Source: Negaprion brevirostris (taxonomy: Eukaryota). From it: a DNA stretch of 64,000 nt. Location of the stretch: the NCBI GenBank assembly GCA_030324005.1, contig JARDVH010000115.1, forward strand, positions 44,261,277 through 44,325,276, read 5' to 3'. A program made the translations under genes and the position numbers. The notes under the pieces are model-generated. The model did no database searches, was not told the DNA's origin, and saw only the letters and a program-made list of their open reading frames with translations. Numbering within the stretch: position 1 is the stretch's first letter; every line of letters begins with the position of its first letter. Positions 48,325 to 60,400 of this stretch are shown here, piece by piece.

Positions 48325-48708
48325 TAAATTTGACAAGCTGAAGATTTGCTTTTGAAAATAGGAGGCTGAGGGGTGAGCTAATAGAGATCTTTAAAATAAT
48401 AAATGGTTTTGGTACATTGGATATGAGAGAATGTTTCCTGCTGTGGAGACAACTGGAGACCATATGTTTGAGAAAGTCGCCAAGGAATNNNNNNNNNNGC
48501 CATAGAGTAGTATCAATGTGTAACTCATGATAGGGAGTTGTTAACGTGAATAGTATAGATGCATTTAATGTGAAGTCAGTCAAGTTTTTTACAAAGAAGG
48601 AAATCAATGGTAGATTTTGATGAGAAAAGAAAGAAGTCTTTAATGGAACATAAACACTGGCATGGATTGGGAGTACCAAATGGACTGTTTCTACATATCC
48701 TATGTAAT
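48325..48708 (+). mobile_element. Old CR1 3' end
   Basis: RRLRGELIEIFKIINGF motif and 3' UTR. Confidence 0.75.
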
Positions 48709-49696
48709 CCTGGGCAATGTGTATTATTTTCCTGTAACAATATCACTTACATAGAAAGAAAAACTAATCTCAATTATGCAAATGGATTACTACAAGTTGT
48801 TCACTCATGAGAAGATGAACTCTATATTTTTTACACAAGTAATGTACAACTGTCAAGAATAAATAACAGATGCATGCATGGGTAAACTGTTTTACTGTCA
48901 CTTCAAAGAGCTGGTCAAGGAACTGGTATGTATGGGAAATGCCATTGCCAAGAAGACAGCAAAGAAACCACTATACCCAGTACACAGACTGGTAAGGCTG
49001 GGAGAGTGAGTGAGGAGTACTGTCATGTTACAGATCTCTGGCAGTCTGTCTTCTAGATGATCAGGAATGGAACAAATTGTCTCTGCTGATTTCTGTCAGA
49101 ACAGCGCAGAGAGATTGTTTCATATCATGATGGTTTGCGGCATACTCTGTAATTTTGCTCTGTCGTAGAGACTATACATGGATGGTCAAATAAAAGGAAA
49201 ACATGGCAAAGTCACAGCGAGTCTCCAAACCTAGCCTGCAGCCACAGTTCTTTGACAGGAGCTAATTAGAGAGTCCCTCAACTGAATAATCCCTGCCTCC
49301 AACTCCATCAGCAATCACTACCAACATCAGAACCAATCATTCCAGCTACAAACGAAACTACTTCCACGTATTACAGATAGGGGTCACAGAGTGGGATTGT
49401 TTCTCTTCTTTCACCTCTCAATTGACTGATAACTGATATGTTTTAATGGTAAAAGTGTTTTAACTGCCTGAGTGCTATAACTGTTAACAACAGGCAAGTA
49501 ATAGATTTCCTCATGTTTTAAAAAAAGGTAAAGGTTTATTACTCAACACCCAAAATGTATTTGTAAAAGCACCCACTCACATTCACACAGAAACTCAAGA
49601 AAAGATGCTGATTATGAGTGGTAACATGCACTTTGGATCTTTAAAGTCCAAACAAAAACACTGCCACACTTGCTTCTCTCAAGGAGGAGTCCTGAA

Positions 49697-49771
49697 GTTT
49701 ATTTTATTAGCATTGCAAGTAGGCTTATATTAACACTGCAATGAAGTTACTGTGAAAATCCCCTAGCCGCC
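49697..49771 (-). mobile_element. Tail of the Rex-tailed V-SINE variant
   Basis: Reverse complement of CTAGGGGATTTTCACAGTAACTTCATTGCAGTGTTAAT.TAAGCCTACTTG. Confidence 0.75.
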
Positions 49772-50251
49772 ATGTTAAATCTCCTTAAAATTNNNNNNNN
49801 NNNNNNNNNNNNNNNNNNNNNNNNNNNNNNNNNNNNNNNNNNNNNNNNNNNNNNNNNNNNNNNNNNNNNNNNNNNNNNNNNNNNNNNNNNNNNNNNNNNN
49901 NNNNNNNNNNNNNNNNNNNNNNNNNNNNNNNNNNNNNNNNNNNNNNNNNNNNNNNNNNNNNNNNNNNNNNNNNNNNNNNNNNNNNNNNNNNNNNNNNNNN
50001 NNNNNNNNNNNNNNNNNNNNNNNNNNNNNNNNNNNNNNNNNNNNNNNNNNNNNNNNNNNNNNNNNNNNNNNNNNNNNNNNNNNNNNNNNNNNNNNNNNNN
50101 NNNNNNNNNNNNNNNNNNNNNNNNNNNNNNNNNNNNNNNNNNNNNNNNNNNNNNNNNNNNNNNNNNNNNNNNNNNNNNNNNNNNNNNNNNNNNNNNNNNN
50201 NNNNNNNNNNNNNNNNNNNNNNNNNNNNNNNNNNNNNNNNNNNNNNNNNNN

Positions 50252-50512
50252 NTGTCTGTGTGGAGTTTGTATGTTCTCCTGGTGTCTGCATGGGTTTCGC
50301 CCAGCTACTCTGATGTCTTCCCACAGTCCAAAGACATGCAGGTTAAAATTTTTGGCCATGCTAAATTGCCCCTTAGTGTCCTGGATTGCGTAGGTAAAAG
50401 GGATTAGCGGGATAAATATGTGGGGTTATGGGGATAGGGCCTGGGTGGGGTTGCGGTCGGTGCACGCTCAATGGGCTGAATGGCCTCCTTCGGCAGTAGG
50501 GATTCTTTGATT
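50252..50512 (+). mobile_element. HE1-type V-SINE (head in the N gap)
   Basis: V domain and tail. Confidence 0.9.
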
Positions 50513-51979
50513 CTTACTCTTTGCCTGTTGATGAATCCTCGGTCGGGTCCTGCTAACTTGCTGCTCTTCCCTTCTTTTTTGCTGTTCCAAAGAATTGCCT
50601 TATTAAATGTCCCTGATCAGACAACCAGTTTCTATGATGTTACCATGTTATCTGATTTTTAATTCTTCTCACAAATGGTCTCCAACGACTTGGACATCAG
50701 CACACAATGGTGTTTGAATTTCATTTGTTTTTTTCCACACATGTTCTTTGGAATTCCACTCCAAAGTTGAAAGAGGTAATGTGAACTAGTTTCTGTAATT
50801 CTCAAGATAAGGGTAAATATTAATCCACAGGAGAGTTGCTGCATTTTAATGGTTCTCAATGAGACACCCTGGTTTGCAGCTTAATGTCTTATTCAGACAG
50901 AATCTTGCGTATATGTTGGCAGAAAAGGAAAGTTCACCTGACCTCATAATTCCCTTTTATTTTATGAAGTCACATGCCCATTTTATTTTGTTCAAGTTAA
51001 GGTGACTATTTTGAATTTGTACTCCATAAACTGATGAGTCTATATTGTGTGTACACGACAATTAAAAGATCATCATTGGTTTATATGCCATATTATGTCA
51101 TCAGCTATTACAGTGACACTCTGCACACAAATATAGTCAAACAAGTTACAATTTTACTGCCTTACAAACAAATGTCACCCATGTGTTAACCCATAGTGCT
51201 TTTCTTAGGTGATGTCTTTTCCACCCTAGTTTCTTTGTTTTGGTATTGCCCCAGTGCCTTCAGTTGTTTAGATAAATGACGATATGACTGTATTTGGTCA
51301 TAACATCTTGAGATGCTCATGGTTAGCAACCACTGGGAACTTGTGTGTCAGATGGTCCAGTTGCTGACGGCAGCATCCCAGTGATTGCCAAAGCAGACTG
51401 TCACAGCCAGCTTTCCAGCGCCAGGTAGATTTTGGTTGAGTGTATGCCAATAATGCCAACATGTTGTCGTTCTGAGAAACAGCAAATTGTTCAATGCCTT
51501 ATGACCCTTAATCTGGAGAACAGATTGCCAGAGATCTTTAATATGGTAATACTCACGTTCATTCGCTCCTAGACTTTCCAGTGATTTAAATTATTCTGTG
51601 TATTGAGCATAAGGGTTTCTTTGCCGCCTCCTTGGCAACTGCATTTCTCATACATAACCTTGGCAACAGTGTGGGCTCCTTTGACCTGGATATGTTAGCT
51701 TCCTAAAGATGGGCAGTATAGTTAGTACTGTTTTGCCTTTTTTATATGACTTCAAATGGTTTTTAATTGATGGATTTTTTTTGTTGTTATTTTTGGAGTC
51801 TGAAATTTGTGTATCACCAAAAAAAAACTGTACTGATGGAACCTAAGCAGAAGAAAGCTCTGGAGATCATGACACAGATTGTAAGGGCCCCAAAATGAAA
51901 TATTGTTCCCAGCAAACAGGAAGAAGAGGCCTGACTCTGAAACCAAATAGGCATTCTGACCTGGTCCCCACCCCCCCCA

Positions 51980-52565
51980 CCATGCTGACGCTATAGTAAA
52001 GAAAGCCCACCAACGCCTTTATTTTCTCAGAAGACTAAAATAATTTGGCATGTCAGCTACAACTTAGGCCAACTTTTACAGATGCGCCATAGAAAGCATT
52101 NNNNNNNNNNNNNNNNNNNNNNNNNNNNNNNNNNNNNNNNNNNNNNNNNNNNNNNNNNNNNNNNNNNNNNNNNNNNNNNNNNNNNNNNNNNNNNNNNNNN
52201 NNNNNNNNNNNNNNNNNNNNNNNNNNNNNNNNNNNNNNNNNNNNNNNNNNNNNNNNNNNNNNNNNNNNNNNNNNNNNNNNNNNNNNNNNNNNNNNNNNNN
52301 NNNNNNNNNNNNNNNNNNNNNNNNNNNNNNNNNNNNNNNNNNNNNNNNNNNNNNNNNNNNNNNNNNNNNNNNNNNNNNNNNNNNNNNNNNNNNNNNNNNN
52401 NNNNNNNNNNNNNNNNNNNNNNNNNNNNNNNNNNNNNNNNNNNNNNNNNNNNNNNNNNNNNNNNNNNNNNNNNNNNNNNNNNNNNNNNNNNNNNNNNNNN
52501 NNNNNNNNATAGTACTTTTCACTGTATGTTAATACATGTGACAATAATAAATCAAATCAAAATCA
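51980..52565 (+). mobile_element. Rex1/Babar LINE 3' part (middle in the N gap)
   Basis: HADAIVKKAHQRLYFLRRLK*FGMS..NFYRCAIESI; tail TTTTCACTGTATGTTAATACATGTGACAATAATAAATCAAATCAA. Confidence 0.9.
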
Positions 52566-53529
52566 TTGTTGGATGTTGCCAGGATGATGAGAGCCGGAGT
52601 GTGGTCCCTTCATCATAGATGCATGACTGAAAGAGGTTCAATGAATGACCAATCAGGGCAGGAATAGTGAGAGGAATGTCACATTCAAGTGCAACCCCAC
52701 CCCCCACCCCTGCCCCCAACCACCTTCACTCTGACTTTCCAGCCTCCTCCTCCCCTCCCAGATCAACATACCTTCTTACTCCAGTCATTCTGTTCTTTCA
52801 AGGCACCTCCTCAAATCTGCATCTAAGCAGCCAACATTGACAGTCACGCTTACTTAATTGCCATCTCACATCCATCCCTCAGGGTGACAATCCACAAATG
52901 CTGTTATTCCATTCTCTATGCATATTTCTCTCACTGTAAAAAGGATAAAAAGGAGAGGTCCCTCTTCAGTCATGACCACTCCAACTGTTGAGGAAGACGA
53001 CAAACTGGAAATCAGCAGAGACTTGGAATGTTTGGTCAATGCGGCTGGAGGAATTAACTTTGCCAGATACATGGTGATAGAATTGGCTGTTTATTTCTGT
53101 TGCAACACTAGGGGGATCATCTCCGGCACATGCGCACGGTCAGTCTCAGTTCCGGTATCAAAGNNNNNNNNNNNNNNNNNNNNNNNNNNNNNNNNNNNNN
53201 NNNNNNNNNNNNNNNNNNNNNNNNNNNNNNNNNNNNNNNNNNNNNNNNNNNNNNNNNNNNNNNNNNNNNNNNNNNNNNNNNNNNNNNNNNNNNNNNNNNN
53301 NNNNNNNNNNNNNNNNNNNNNNNNNNNNNNNNNNNNNNNNNNNNNNNNNNNNNNNNNNNNNNNNNNNNNNNNNNNNNNNNNNNNNNNNNNNNNNNNNNNN
53401 NNNNNNNNNNNNNNNNNNNNNNNNNNNNNNNNNNNNNNNNNNNNNNNNNNNNNNNNNNNNNNNNNNNNNNNNNNNNNNNNNNNNNNNNNNNNNNNNNNNN
53501 NNNNNNNNNNNNNNNNNNNNNNNNNNNNN

Positions 53530-53604
53530 GCGACTAGAGGATTTTCACAGTAACTTCATTGCAGTGTTAATGTAAGCCTACTTGTGACACTAATAAATAA
53601 ACTT
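53530..53604 (+). mobile_element. Tail of the Rex-tailed V-SINE variant (body in the N gap)
   Basis: GCGACTAGAGGATTTTCACAGTAACTTCATTGCAGTGTTAATGTAAGCCTACTTGTGACACTAATAAATAAAC. Confidence 0.8.
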
Positions 53605-54129
53605 TAGTAAACTTTATTAAATGTTATTAACTCAGAGACTGTGGAGAATGGATTGCAAATATTTGGTAAAAAATTAATTTAACAAAGTATTTTGAATAAA
53701 ATACTTTAGAAGAAATGTAATATCTCATGCAGGATTCAAATCAATGCGCCTGGGATTAAGAGTCCGATTATCATCTGACTGAGTTCCCTGGTTGTGAAAG
53801 TGTCACTACACAAAGCCTTACACACTTGGGGGGTAAATATCATTGAAATAAACTCATTTATTTTGGTTATTCTCATTGTGTGATTTATTATGGATTATGG
53901 CAAGTTAATTAGTGTCCTGCACGGGGGCTTTGATCCCTTTGTGGATGCAACTATTTCTCTTTAATACTATAGCAGAGCTTTAATCACGTATCCACTGCCA
54001 ATCATAGCACTAATACTCGTGCAATGATAAATAGGCAACTTTTCAGAACTAGACTCATTTAGTAATTTGAATATAGAAATATTCCATCCTAATGCCAGTG
54101 TTAGGAATACTTGTGCCTGTGCCAGCAGC

Positions 54130-54732
54130 CATAGAACATAGGAACATAAGAAGGCTATTCAGGCTTATTCCACCATTGATACGATAATGGCTGATTGGAC
54201 ACTTCAATGCCTTTTAAACCCACTATCCCCATAATTCTTTATGTTGTTGTTAATCAGAAATGTATCAATCTCTGAGTTAAACATACTCAGTGAAGAAACT
54301 CCGACTGGGTTACAGAATTCCAAAGATTCACAACCTGTGTAAAGAACGTTTTCTTTCCTAAGTAGTAGAATCGTAAAATCCCTACAGTGCAGACAACAAT
54401 CCCACTCAGGCCCTATCCCCATTTCCCTGATCTTCCTGACACTAAGAGGCAATTCAGCATGGCCAATCCACCTAATGCCACACTTCACTGGAGTGTGAGA
54501 GGAGACTGGAGAACCCGAAGGAAACCCATGCCGGCATGGGGAGAATATGCAAACTCCATACAATCACCCGAGGCCGGAAGTGAACCCGGGTCCCTGGCAC
54601 TGTTAGGCAGCAGTGCTAACCACTGAAGCTCCAAGTAGCTGATTTGGAAATTGTGCTCCTTGGTTCTGGATTCCTCAACTAAGGGAAGCAATTTACCTGC
54701 ATCTACCACATCTGTTCTTTTAAGTATTCTGT
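54130..54732 (-). mobile_element. CR1 3' end with a nested HE1 (54366-54625, minus)
   Basis: CATAGAACATAGGAACATAAG tail; VDAGKLLPLVEESRTKEHNFQI; HE1 head, V domain and tail in between. Confidence 0.85.
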
Positions 54733-55797
54733 GTTATTTTGTAGGACTCACATTGTGAGTCAAATGTGCATGCACTACTATATCTGCCACACTTCAGGTC
54801 AGTGGTAAGAATTACAGTGGATAAAATTAGATGTTACATTACCACAAGGCATAAAGCCCCTACTCACGTTGACCTTGGTGTCAGCTGTCACTGAAATATG
54901 ATGATCTGCAAAATGATGTCAATTTTAATTCAATGATGTCAATTCTAATAATGTTCCATGGTGGTGGTGGTTGTTGCATGGGAGGGTTTCTGAATGAGGG
55001 ATGGTGTTCGGGGATTGTTCTATTTTTAATTTCTTGTATGAGGGGGATGGCCTTTAAAATGGAACACAGATAATTAAAAAACTCAGTGTTCCTACTTGTG
55101 GTGTTATGGGACAGCCCTTGGATTGCTTTTCTATCAGGCTAATAATAGAGCAGAGAAAGCTGCTGGTGGTTTCAACAGCTCTTTTCCTGACTGCAATGAC
55201 ACTCTGCATATTTGGGGAAAATTCCATCCTTTCGAAGCTTTACTTGAATGCTTAAAAGTGTGTTCATTTTATCATTTCAATGCTTGTGTTTAAGCACCAT
55301 GTATTATCTCAAGCTTCATCTCCATTGTTGCCTTGCACCCAGCATGCATCAGCATTGAGGTAACCAATATGACTGGAACAGTTGATGAGCACTGGGTCTC
55401 AGTGAAATGGGAGACTACTGATTGTGGGAATGGTTTGTGTTGGGAACAAGTGGGTGCCCAGTCAGTTTAGCATTGGAGTACCATCTCACAATCTCACATT
55501 GGGAGAATAAGTTTGTCCTGGTCTTCTCCAGAAGTGTAGGGAGTGCAGGCAGAAACCTGATCTCATTATTTTTTTCCTTCTCTTATTTCTCCTGTTGCTT
55601 CTTGTCCACGTCCAATGATGCAGAATGATCATCACCCTCCTTTGTCTGCTGCGGCTCCAGTACTATTTACTGCACTATTTTGTGAAAGCTCCATGATCAT
55701 TCTGGATGCTCTGGCTGGCACATACTGAAGGTCACCCTCTGACCTCTCTGAATCACACCTTCATCAACCCAATAATTTACTCAATGAACAGACATCT

Positions 55798-56290
55798 GGG
55801 CTAGAATTCTCCCACAAAAACCTAAGTTCCAAAAATGTGAGAAAATGGACGTAATTCCCCTCAGCTTTTTAGTGTACTTACCAGAGTGAGCCTCTGACAC
55901 TCTAAGCACTGCAGACTGCCTCAGCGAGATTCACTCTGGAAAATAGAGTGCGGGGCCTATTCCTGGCACTGCTCGATACTCAGTGGGCAGTGCCAAAGCA
56001 CCAGGCTGCCACTGCCAGGCTGACACTGTCCAAGGGGCATCCACCTTACTCATAACCTCCCTGGAGTGCCTCAATGGCCTTTTTTCCCTCCAGCGGGGTT
56101 GGGCACCTGTTTCCCATTAGTGGGGAGCAGTCATAAACGCCACTGGAGGAAATCACTCCCAGCAGGGGTTCGGTGCTAGTGGGCCTGGGGAATACCATCC
56201 CAACCCACTAATCATATTGAAATCTTAATTTCAGTATGATAATCAGCTCTGCACCCATTTCCGGGATGGGGTTCACTCAGAAATTACAAC
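55798..56290. mobile_element. Non-autonomous Harbinger-like element (family of 4374-5320)
   Basis: GGGCTAGAATTCTCCC start; collinear similarity to 57698-58360. Confidence 0.55.
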
Positions 56291-57250
56291 GACATTCCAT
56301 AATTTGAAGAGCAGATCAGAGAGTTCACAAAAGATGCAACTGAGCTTCACATGATATATCTGTCTGGGAACCTGTGGAGGCAATTTACTCTCCAGTCCTT
56401 CCACTGTGCAGAAAACCTGTTTGTCTATGTGAAAACTCTATGTGCACCAGCACCCCAAGGTTTCTGATATATGTTTGATCGAGTCAAGTTGATTGCGGGG
56501 TATTTTTCTTCATGTGTTCAGTGATCTTTGAGCGGGTCTTCTTGTTCCATTGTGTGTTTGAGAACGTAGCAATGGTTCATTTTATGTGGGTGTCTGAACA
56601 GTTTTGGTTTCTTTTGATTTATTTCATCATTGAAAGTCACTTTGTTTTCTTTCTGCTGTCTGTGTGCTGTTAATGCCCTGCCAATTTGCAGTTGGTGTTC
56701 TCTTCGCTATCGATTTTTGAAGACTTGCAATCATTGTTTTTCTTTCTCACTAATCACTCTGCACAGCGTACTAAAGAAATGATTTGCAGAAGTGGCGACC
56801 TTGTTTTTATTTTCATCCTGATCTTTACTCTTGGACAGCCCTTGGATGCTGTTGCAATTATTTGCTGCTCCGAACCTCACTTACGCTTCAATTCTTTGAA
56901 GCAAGAATTTACAGACTGGTCAGAGTTAATTAAAATCGCATGAGGGTGTTCTAAGAATTATGTGTGAAGTATCCTCAGAGTATGACTTGTTATAATAATA
57001 ATTTTATTTGGATACTGATGGGAAAACCAATTATGGACAGCAATGTTATCCTTTCAGCAGGTATTTTTACTGTACTTTTAGTATTTACTTACTTCTTTGA
57101 AGTGTCTATCCAGATCAGAGTAAAGCCAGTAATGGTTTAAAGAAATGACTTCTTCCATTTTCTCCCCTTCCCAGGTGCCTTATGTAATGGAGTAAGATTG
57201 TTCCATTGTGTGTTTTAGGGATATAGCAATAGTTCATGCAGATGTTTCTT

Positions 57251-57556
57251 AAAGTTTAAAGTTTATTTATTTGGTGTCACAAGTAGGCTTACATTAACAC
57301 TGCAATGAAGTTACTGTGAAAATCCCCTAGTCGTCACACTCTGGTGTCTGTATGGGTACACCAAAGGAGAATTTAGCATGGCCAATGCAATGACCCAGCA
57401 AGTCCTTTGGACTGTGGGAGGAAACTGGATCATCCGGAGGAAACCCATGCACGGGGACAACATGCAGATTCCACACAGAGAGTAACCCAAGCTGGGAATC
57501 AAACCCAGGTCCCTGGCGCTGTGAGGCAACAGTGTTAACTACTGTGCCACCATGCC
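57251..57556 (-). mobile_element. V-SINE variant: HE1-like head and V domain with a non-CR1, Rex/Babar-like tail
   Basis: Head and V domain as in HE1, but the 3' part is GACTAGGGGATTTTCACAGTAACTTCATTGCAGTGTTAATGTAAGCCTACTTGTGACACC..AATAAATAAACTTTAAACTTT. Confidence 0.85.
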
Positions 57557-57697
57557 ATCAAAGATGTCTGAGCCACATTAGGATTTTTTTCTATTTCATC
57601 ATAGTAATTTTATTTCCTTTCTGCTTCTACAATTCCCTATGGAGTACACACTTATACTTAGATAAATAGATTTTGTTGTCATGTGAATCCATCATTT

Positions 57698-58360
57698 TGG
57701 GGCAATTCTCCCAAAAAGAATTTAATGCCAAACTCACGTGAAAACTGAAGTAACTCCATTCTGATTTTTTTAGTGTGATTTTCAGAATGAATCTCTGACA
57801 CTGAGCACTGCAGGGTACATTAGTGTGATTCACTCTGAAAATCAGGCCTATTCCTGCTGGAGCAGCTGGCAGCAAAGCACTGAGCAGGCCACTGTCAGTA
57901 TGGAGATAAGCACATGTGCAGTAGCTGCACACTGCCAACTTTGTGACTGCTGGCTAACCCAATTGATATTCACTCCCCTGACCCCACATCGCGGCCCCTC
58001 GGACCCCTCCCCCCACCGCGTACCCCCCNNNNNNNNNNNNNNNNNNNNNNNNNNNNNNNNNNNNNNNNNNNNNNNNNNNNATTGCTGCTGCTCTCTCCAG
58101 CAGGGTCAGCTGCCTGTTCCCTGTTAGTGGGGAGCAGTTATAAAACCCGCCAGAGTGAACCGTTCCTTGCAGGGACTGGGGAGTGGGTGGTTGACAGCCC
58201 TGAAACTTCAGTCCCAGGTCTTCTAATGATGGGAAAATCTTAATTTAAATATTTAAATCAGCTTCACACCGATTTCCAGCGCGGAGATGATTACCCCAAA
58301 AATCTTGAGGCCAGAGCTTTTGGAGCTAGAGCAGCACAGCAGGCTGGGAGAATCGCCCCC
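57698..58360. mobile_element. Non-autonomous Harbinger-like element
   Basis: TIRs GGGGCAATTCTCCCA / TGGGAGAATCGCCCC. Confidence 0.7.
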
Positions 58361-58509
58361 CTCATCTCAATAATATTGTTATCATTAATAATGAAACAAT
58401 ATTATATTAATAGGCTAAACTGAAATTAAATCATTAATTATGTCTATAATTTGATATTGCTGTCTATCATTAACAATCTTCTTATTTGCATCTCCATTCA
58501 TAGTCACAA

Positions 58510-58655
58510 CCCACAACACCACCACCTCTATCTCAGGTAGGGCAAGGACGCAGGACTCAAATCCACCCTGCCGGAATGAAGATCGAATCCGCTGCCAATG
58601 GGACCAGCCTGACCCACACCAGCCATCCAGCCAACTGAGCTAATCAGCCTCCCAA
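58510..58655 (-). mobile_element. SINE-C copy
   Basis: CCAGCCATCCAGCCAACTGAGCTAA head shared with 32360-32592. Confidence 0.6.
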
Positions 58656-59279
58656 GCTCATAGGTTGCTACTTAAGCTTTTGTAAAATGATGAGCTTCCT
58701 GCCCTTGATCCTGAATAGAACTGAAAGGTGGAGCTGTGTAAATTGTCTCAATACTATAGTGCAGGCTGAGAAGTGCAGCTGAAAGTGAGCAGAGCACTGG
58801 GCAGTTGAAGTGCCTTTTAAGAAGCAAAAACACTCCAAGTCAAGAAGTGTTTTGAGCAGCAATCTGACAAAGTCCACGAGTGGAGCTCTTTAGTTTCATT
58901 GATTAAAGCCTTCCCAGCCTATCAGTTTCACTGAAGGAGATGTTTCTAGTGTGCAGTAATTTCAATCACCCTGGCACATAACTGACAAATTGGGAAACAT
59001 GTTCCATGGCTGAGAAATCCAGGATTCAGGCCGAATGTCATTCATAATTGGCTTCTGAATAACTTGAATAACTTCTTAATTACTTACCTGAAAGATCCTG
59101 CTCACCTTTAGTGCCAATATGAGAGAAAACGGGATCAAGTTGGGATTCTGACCCAATGTCAGTTTCTTGGACTTTGCTACCCTGTTCTCTCTCAAGCCCA
59201 CCTCCAATGGCTGGAAAGATTCTGCCTTATGTATTCAAAAATTTAAAGTTTCTTTGACTGTTAATAGTCAGAAGACCTC

Positions 59280-59900
59280 AGAGGACTTGTGGCACAGTGG
59301 ATAGTGTCCCTTCCTCTGATCCAGATGTTCCAGGTTCAAGCATCACTCCAGGAATTGATGGACTTTGATTTGATTTGAATTATTATTGTCACACATATTA
59401 GTATACTGTGAAGAGCATTGTTTCTTGCATGCTATACAGNNNNNNNNNNNNNNNNNNGTGCTACCTATTCTACTGTGTAGAATGTAGTCTTATCACCATA
59501 GCTAGGCTGTAGAGAAAGAGCAACTTAATGAGAGATAGATCCATTCAAAAGTCTGATGGCAGTTGGAATGTGACCTCAGATTTTTGTATCTTCTTCCTAA
59601 CGGAAGACAATGGAAGTGAATACGTCCGGGGTACATGAGGTCCTTGATTATGCTGGCTGTTTTATGGAGGCAGTGAGAAATGTAGACAATATCAAGTTAG
59701 GTTAGAAACATGGTCAAAAAGTTGAGTATCAAATTGTGAATCCTTCCAATATATACCAGAGGCAGCCAATCAGAGAGGGTGATATTGCTGGTCAGCTATG
59801 AAAGAATTTGAAGCACCTACCATCACTATCCATAGCTTCAGGCTACATTTTTCATGTAAAATCATACGTCATCACAGCAACTCAGCGCAAGACCACCTTT
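59280..59900 (+). mobile_element. tRNA-headed SINE-like element interrupted by a Rex1/Babar 3' fragment (59364-59690, minus)
   Basis: GTGGCACAGTGGATAGTG..CCAGGTTCAAGC A/B-box-like head; the insert matches the 41075-41900 Rex tail. The right boundary is uncertain. Confidence 0.55.
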
Positions 59901-60333
59901 CTAGTGAGTTGGGTACACATTGATAATGGCCAACAAAGTGCCTGCAACTGAGTGGGAGTTGCTGCCATCTTCCCTACTCTCCACCACCCTAGATCTCAGC
60001 TCTGAAGAGTGAACATCTATAACGGTTTGTGTGAAGTGGAGAGAAGGACACCATTTATCGAAGTTGACTCTGAAGATTGGATGCAAGGGGGCAATGGGCT
60101 GAAGGGGAGTGTGAGCGTTAGTTGTTTAGACAGAGATGAAAAAAAGGAATGAGTGGAACTGCGAGTTATGTCACCTGAGTGCTGTGTAGGAGTATATTGG
60201 GAAAGTCAGAGTGTGGAGTTTGGCACGACTCACCTATCGTGCCCCACTGTGATCCTAGGTCCTTCTTTTACCATCTCCAGTTTGGAGGATCTACACTTTT
60301 GTTACTAACTTCACTGGTCACTTGCATTCATGC

Positions 60334-60400
60334 TTGGTTTCAGAGGTTGTCCCCTTTTTAATATCCTTGGTTTCAGGGGTTGCCCTCTTTTTAATATCCT
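60334..60400 (+). repeat. 33-bp tandem duplication
   Basis: TTGGTTTCAG.GGTTG.CC.CTTTTTAATATCC occurs twice. Confidence 0.9.
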
